A stretch of DNA of 54,279 nt, taken from positions 51,713,418 through 51,767,696 of the forward strand of contig NC_068997.1 in the NCBI RefSeq assembly GCF_001194135.2. The letters are read 5' to 3'. The translations under genes were made by a program, and so were the position numbers. The notes under the pieces are model-generated. The model worked only from the letters and a program-made list of their open reading frames with translations, was not told the DNA's origin and made no database searches. Source of the stretch: Octopus bimaculoides. Its lineage: Eukaryota. Position 1 is the stretch's first letter, and the number at the start of each line of letters is the position of its first letter. Below, in pieces: positions 50,784 through 54,279 of the stretch.

Positions 50784-51742
50784 ACAATACGCCCGCGCGT
50801 GCATAAGTCTTCTCTGTCAGACGGTTGTGTTGCCGACTCTGATTCTCACATAAGGCGATTTAAGATATATTGCGTACGTCTGTGACCATTATCATGAGAC
50901 TATCAATCACGAGGAGTTAATTAAATATAAAACAACCTTCTGCTAACGAATGTACAGAAAAATGATTACATTTTATATCCAAGCAGACGAAACTACTTTT
51001 CATGAAAAACGTAATCTTGATTGCCAACATGCAGTTACATCCCACGATCACACACATATGTATATATACACGCATCCGCAACCATATAGCCGCATACGCA
51101 CATATGCACATAAATACATACATGCAAATGACTATATATATATATATATNNNNNNNNNNNNNNNNNNNNNNNNNNNNNNNNNNNNNNNNNNNNNNNNNNN
51201 NNNNNNNNNNNNNNNNNNNNNNNNNNNNNNNNNNNNNNNNNNNNNNNNNNNNNNNNNNNNNNNNNNNNNNNNNNNNNNNNNNNNNNNNNNNNNNNNNNNN
51301 NNNNNNNNNNNNNNNNNNNNNNNNNNNNNNNNNNNNNNNNNNNNNNNNNNNNNNNNNNNNNNNNNNNNNNNNNNNNNNNNNNNNNNNNNNNNNNNNNNNN
51401 NNNNNNNNNNNNNNNNNNNNNNNNNNNNNNNNNNNNNNNNNNNNNNNNNNNNNNNNNNNNNNNNNNNNNNNNNNNNNNNNNNNNNNNNNNNNNNNNNNNN
51501 NNNNNNNNNNNNNNNNNNNNNNNNNNNNNNNNNNNNNNNNNNNNNNNNNNNNNNNNNNNNNNNNNNNNNNNNNNNNNNNNNNNNNNNNNNNNNNNNNNNN
51601 NNNNNNNNNNNNNNNNNNNNNNNNNNNNNNNNNNNNNNNNNNNNNNNNNNNNNNNNNNNNNNNNNNNNNNNNNNNNNNNNNNNNNNNNNNNNNNNNNNNN
51701 NNNNNNNNNNNNNNNNNNNNNNNNNNNNNNNNNNNNNNNNNN

Positions 51743-51777
<35 letters not shown>

Positions 51778-52587
51778 ATATATATATATATTAACGAGAA
51801 ACATTTGCACACTCACACAGCCCGCAAACATGCACATGCTCACGAATACGCATGCCCAAATGGGCACACATATGTTTTAAGACATATGTATCGGCATCTT
51901 AATACGTACATATGTAAATACTTGCAAACATATACGGGCAGTGTTACAGGTCACGGGTTTTAAAGAAACTATAAACTATTTTGAAAACAAGTGATTCTAT
52001 CCCTTAAAGCAAATATAAGCAGCCGCGCCCATCGACTTATTGAGATAATCTTACATAAATCTGCAATGGCTACCTAAATAAATGTTTGTACAGAAACGCA
52101 AGATATGTGTAAAAAACTTGAAACTTGAAATGTTTGCTGCGAAAAAAAAGGGAAAGAAAAAAATGTAAAAAAACTGACGAAGTAACTCATTTGAAGATTA
52201 ATTAGTTTTCTAGTTAAATAAGAAGATCGTTTCGGTGTTGTGTGTGTGTTTGTCTTTGTGTGTTTGTGTGGTTTTGTATGGTGTGTATGTGTCTGGGTTT
52301 CTGTGCGTTGTGGTAGCTGGTGCATGTTGTTAAAAGCGAGTGTTAAAAGTTGATGCAGTTTGACATTAACTGCTACTTGATGGAACTCTTCCAGATGAAG
52401 GATTGCAGTGATGTGGCGGGTTATGGCGTTTAAAGAATATGTTAGAAGCTTTAGAAAGAAGATATTTAGAGTAATTTAGAAATAATTAAACGGAATAGAG
52501 AAAATCGTTTAATGGTTAATGGAATTATTAATTATATATTGTCTGGATAGCACTCTAGTAAACTCATCCACCACTGGACAAAACAAC

Positions 52588-52659
<72 letters not shown>

Positions 52660-52882
52660 TTAGTTATCTCTCTCTCCATTACTCTCTCTGTCTCTGTCGC
52701 TCACTTTCTGTCTACATCCATACATACTATATATATAAAATAAACTGATGAAAAGAAATCCTTCAAAGGGGTGTATTAAACATCCAAGTCACTGGTACGT
52801 CAGGTGGATACCATATAAATATTAGTATAATTCAATTATAGAAATAATTTAAGTATAGATATATTCAATTGACAATCCAATA

Positions 52883-53160
52883 ATTTATTTATATTACAAT
52901 ATTACGTTAAATACTATGAATATAATATATAGCATAACATAATATTATATAACATAAATAATTATTAAAACCATAAAGGGCCAACAAATTGTTTCGACTT
53001 ATATATATATATATATATAAATAAAAGGGAACTGTGATTATGTATATTAGAAAAATATATATAAGTCGAAATAATTTGTTGGCCTTTTATGGTTTATATA
53101 ATCATTTATGTTATATATCATATTCATGGAATTTAATGTAATATCGTAATATAAATAAAT
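52883..53160. mobile_element. AT-rich fold-back/MITE-like element with ~110-bp arms
   Basis: 52883-53008 pairs with 53055-53160; e.g. CCATAAAGGGCCAACAAATTGTTTCGACTT vs AAGTCGAAATAATTTGTTGGCCTTTTATGG (28/30). Confidence 0.8.
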
Positions 53161-53169
53161 GGAAAATCT

Positions 53170-53400
<231 letters not shown>

Positions 53401-54279
53401 ATGGTTTTATCCATTCCATCTTTCGATTCATCTATCTAAGTTTCTTGAAGATTAAGTAGCTTTCAAGTTAAATAACATCTATCTTTCTCTGTCATTCTCG
53501 CTCTCTATCGATCGAACTATCTACTTATATATCTATGCATATATTTGTAAATATACGGGTGAGTGAGTTCACATGTCTGTATGAATTGAGCGCAGTGAGG
53601 ACTGACGGTTGCTGAGTCACGAGTTCAGCTCAAAGATCGAGCAGTAGGTTATGTGTTTGGGCACAATATATGATTTAAGGATTTTGCTTAGCAAACATTC
53701 CAAGATATCTTCGGCAAATGAGAGTTACCATAATCTCTTGTGCAAACAAATCTCCTGGCGGAAACTGGGTCGACAGTATCTGCAGAAAAACCCGAGAGAT
53801 TGAATGTACCAGTAATTAATCGGTCCAGATATTGGTTGTACGAAATGTTTGAATATACGAATTACACTAAAGACACATGAGGTTGCGGAGTACTCGACCA
53901 CTTCATACGCTAAATTGAATGAGTAAGTATTTAAATGCATTTTTGCAAAGGGCTCGCACGTATTACCCACGACATTTTGCACCTGTTTATATATACTATA
54001 TACTATATATGTATGTGTGTGTATATGTGTATGTGTGTATCTATATGTATGTTTTTATATGTAGGGAGATAAAAATATAGATATATTCATATATATTCAT
54101 ATTTGAGTACACATTTTACACACACGCATACACACTCGCGCACAAATATATATGAACAATAAGTTTATAGCGATAACTTTCCCACCTATTCATTGCACAT
54201 TAGCATTATATACGCCTATATATGTGCGTGTGTGTATTTGTATACATATAAATATATATTTATATATATATATATATAT

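Overview
AT-rich eukaryotic genomic DNA from a fragmented draft assembly, with 16 N-gaps and very dense TA/CA/TACA/GATA/TAA microsatellites. The tRNA-derived SINE families and microsatellite landscape look like those of an octopus (coleoid cephalopod); this is recognition from memory, not a database result. No host protein-coding gene could be named, and nearly all ORFs in the supplied track are microsatellite or gap artefacts. Supported content: more than 25 SINE copies or fragments from about four families; three decayed RLE-type non-LTR retrotransposon fragments (one HERO-like, two R4/Dong/NeSL-like, one ending in a (TAA)n array); the 3' end of a Helitron with a PIF1 helicase remnant and CTAG terminus; five unrelated fold-back/hairpin elements; and a perfect 5 x 33-bp minisatellite. 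Several splice-site-bounded candidate exons occur on both strands, suggesting the window is largely intronic. The best leads are an 82-nt CpG-rich hairpin (32220-32301), a possible recursive splice site (11596/11597), the 33-bp VNTR inside a candidate exon, and a ~3.3 kb SINE-free island (21330-24690) with an interlocked stem structure and three overlapping open frames.
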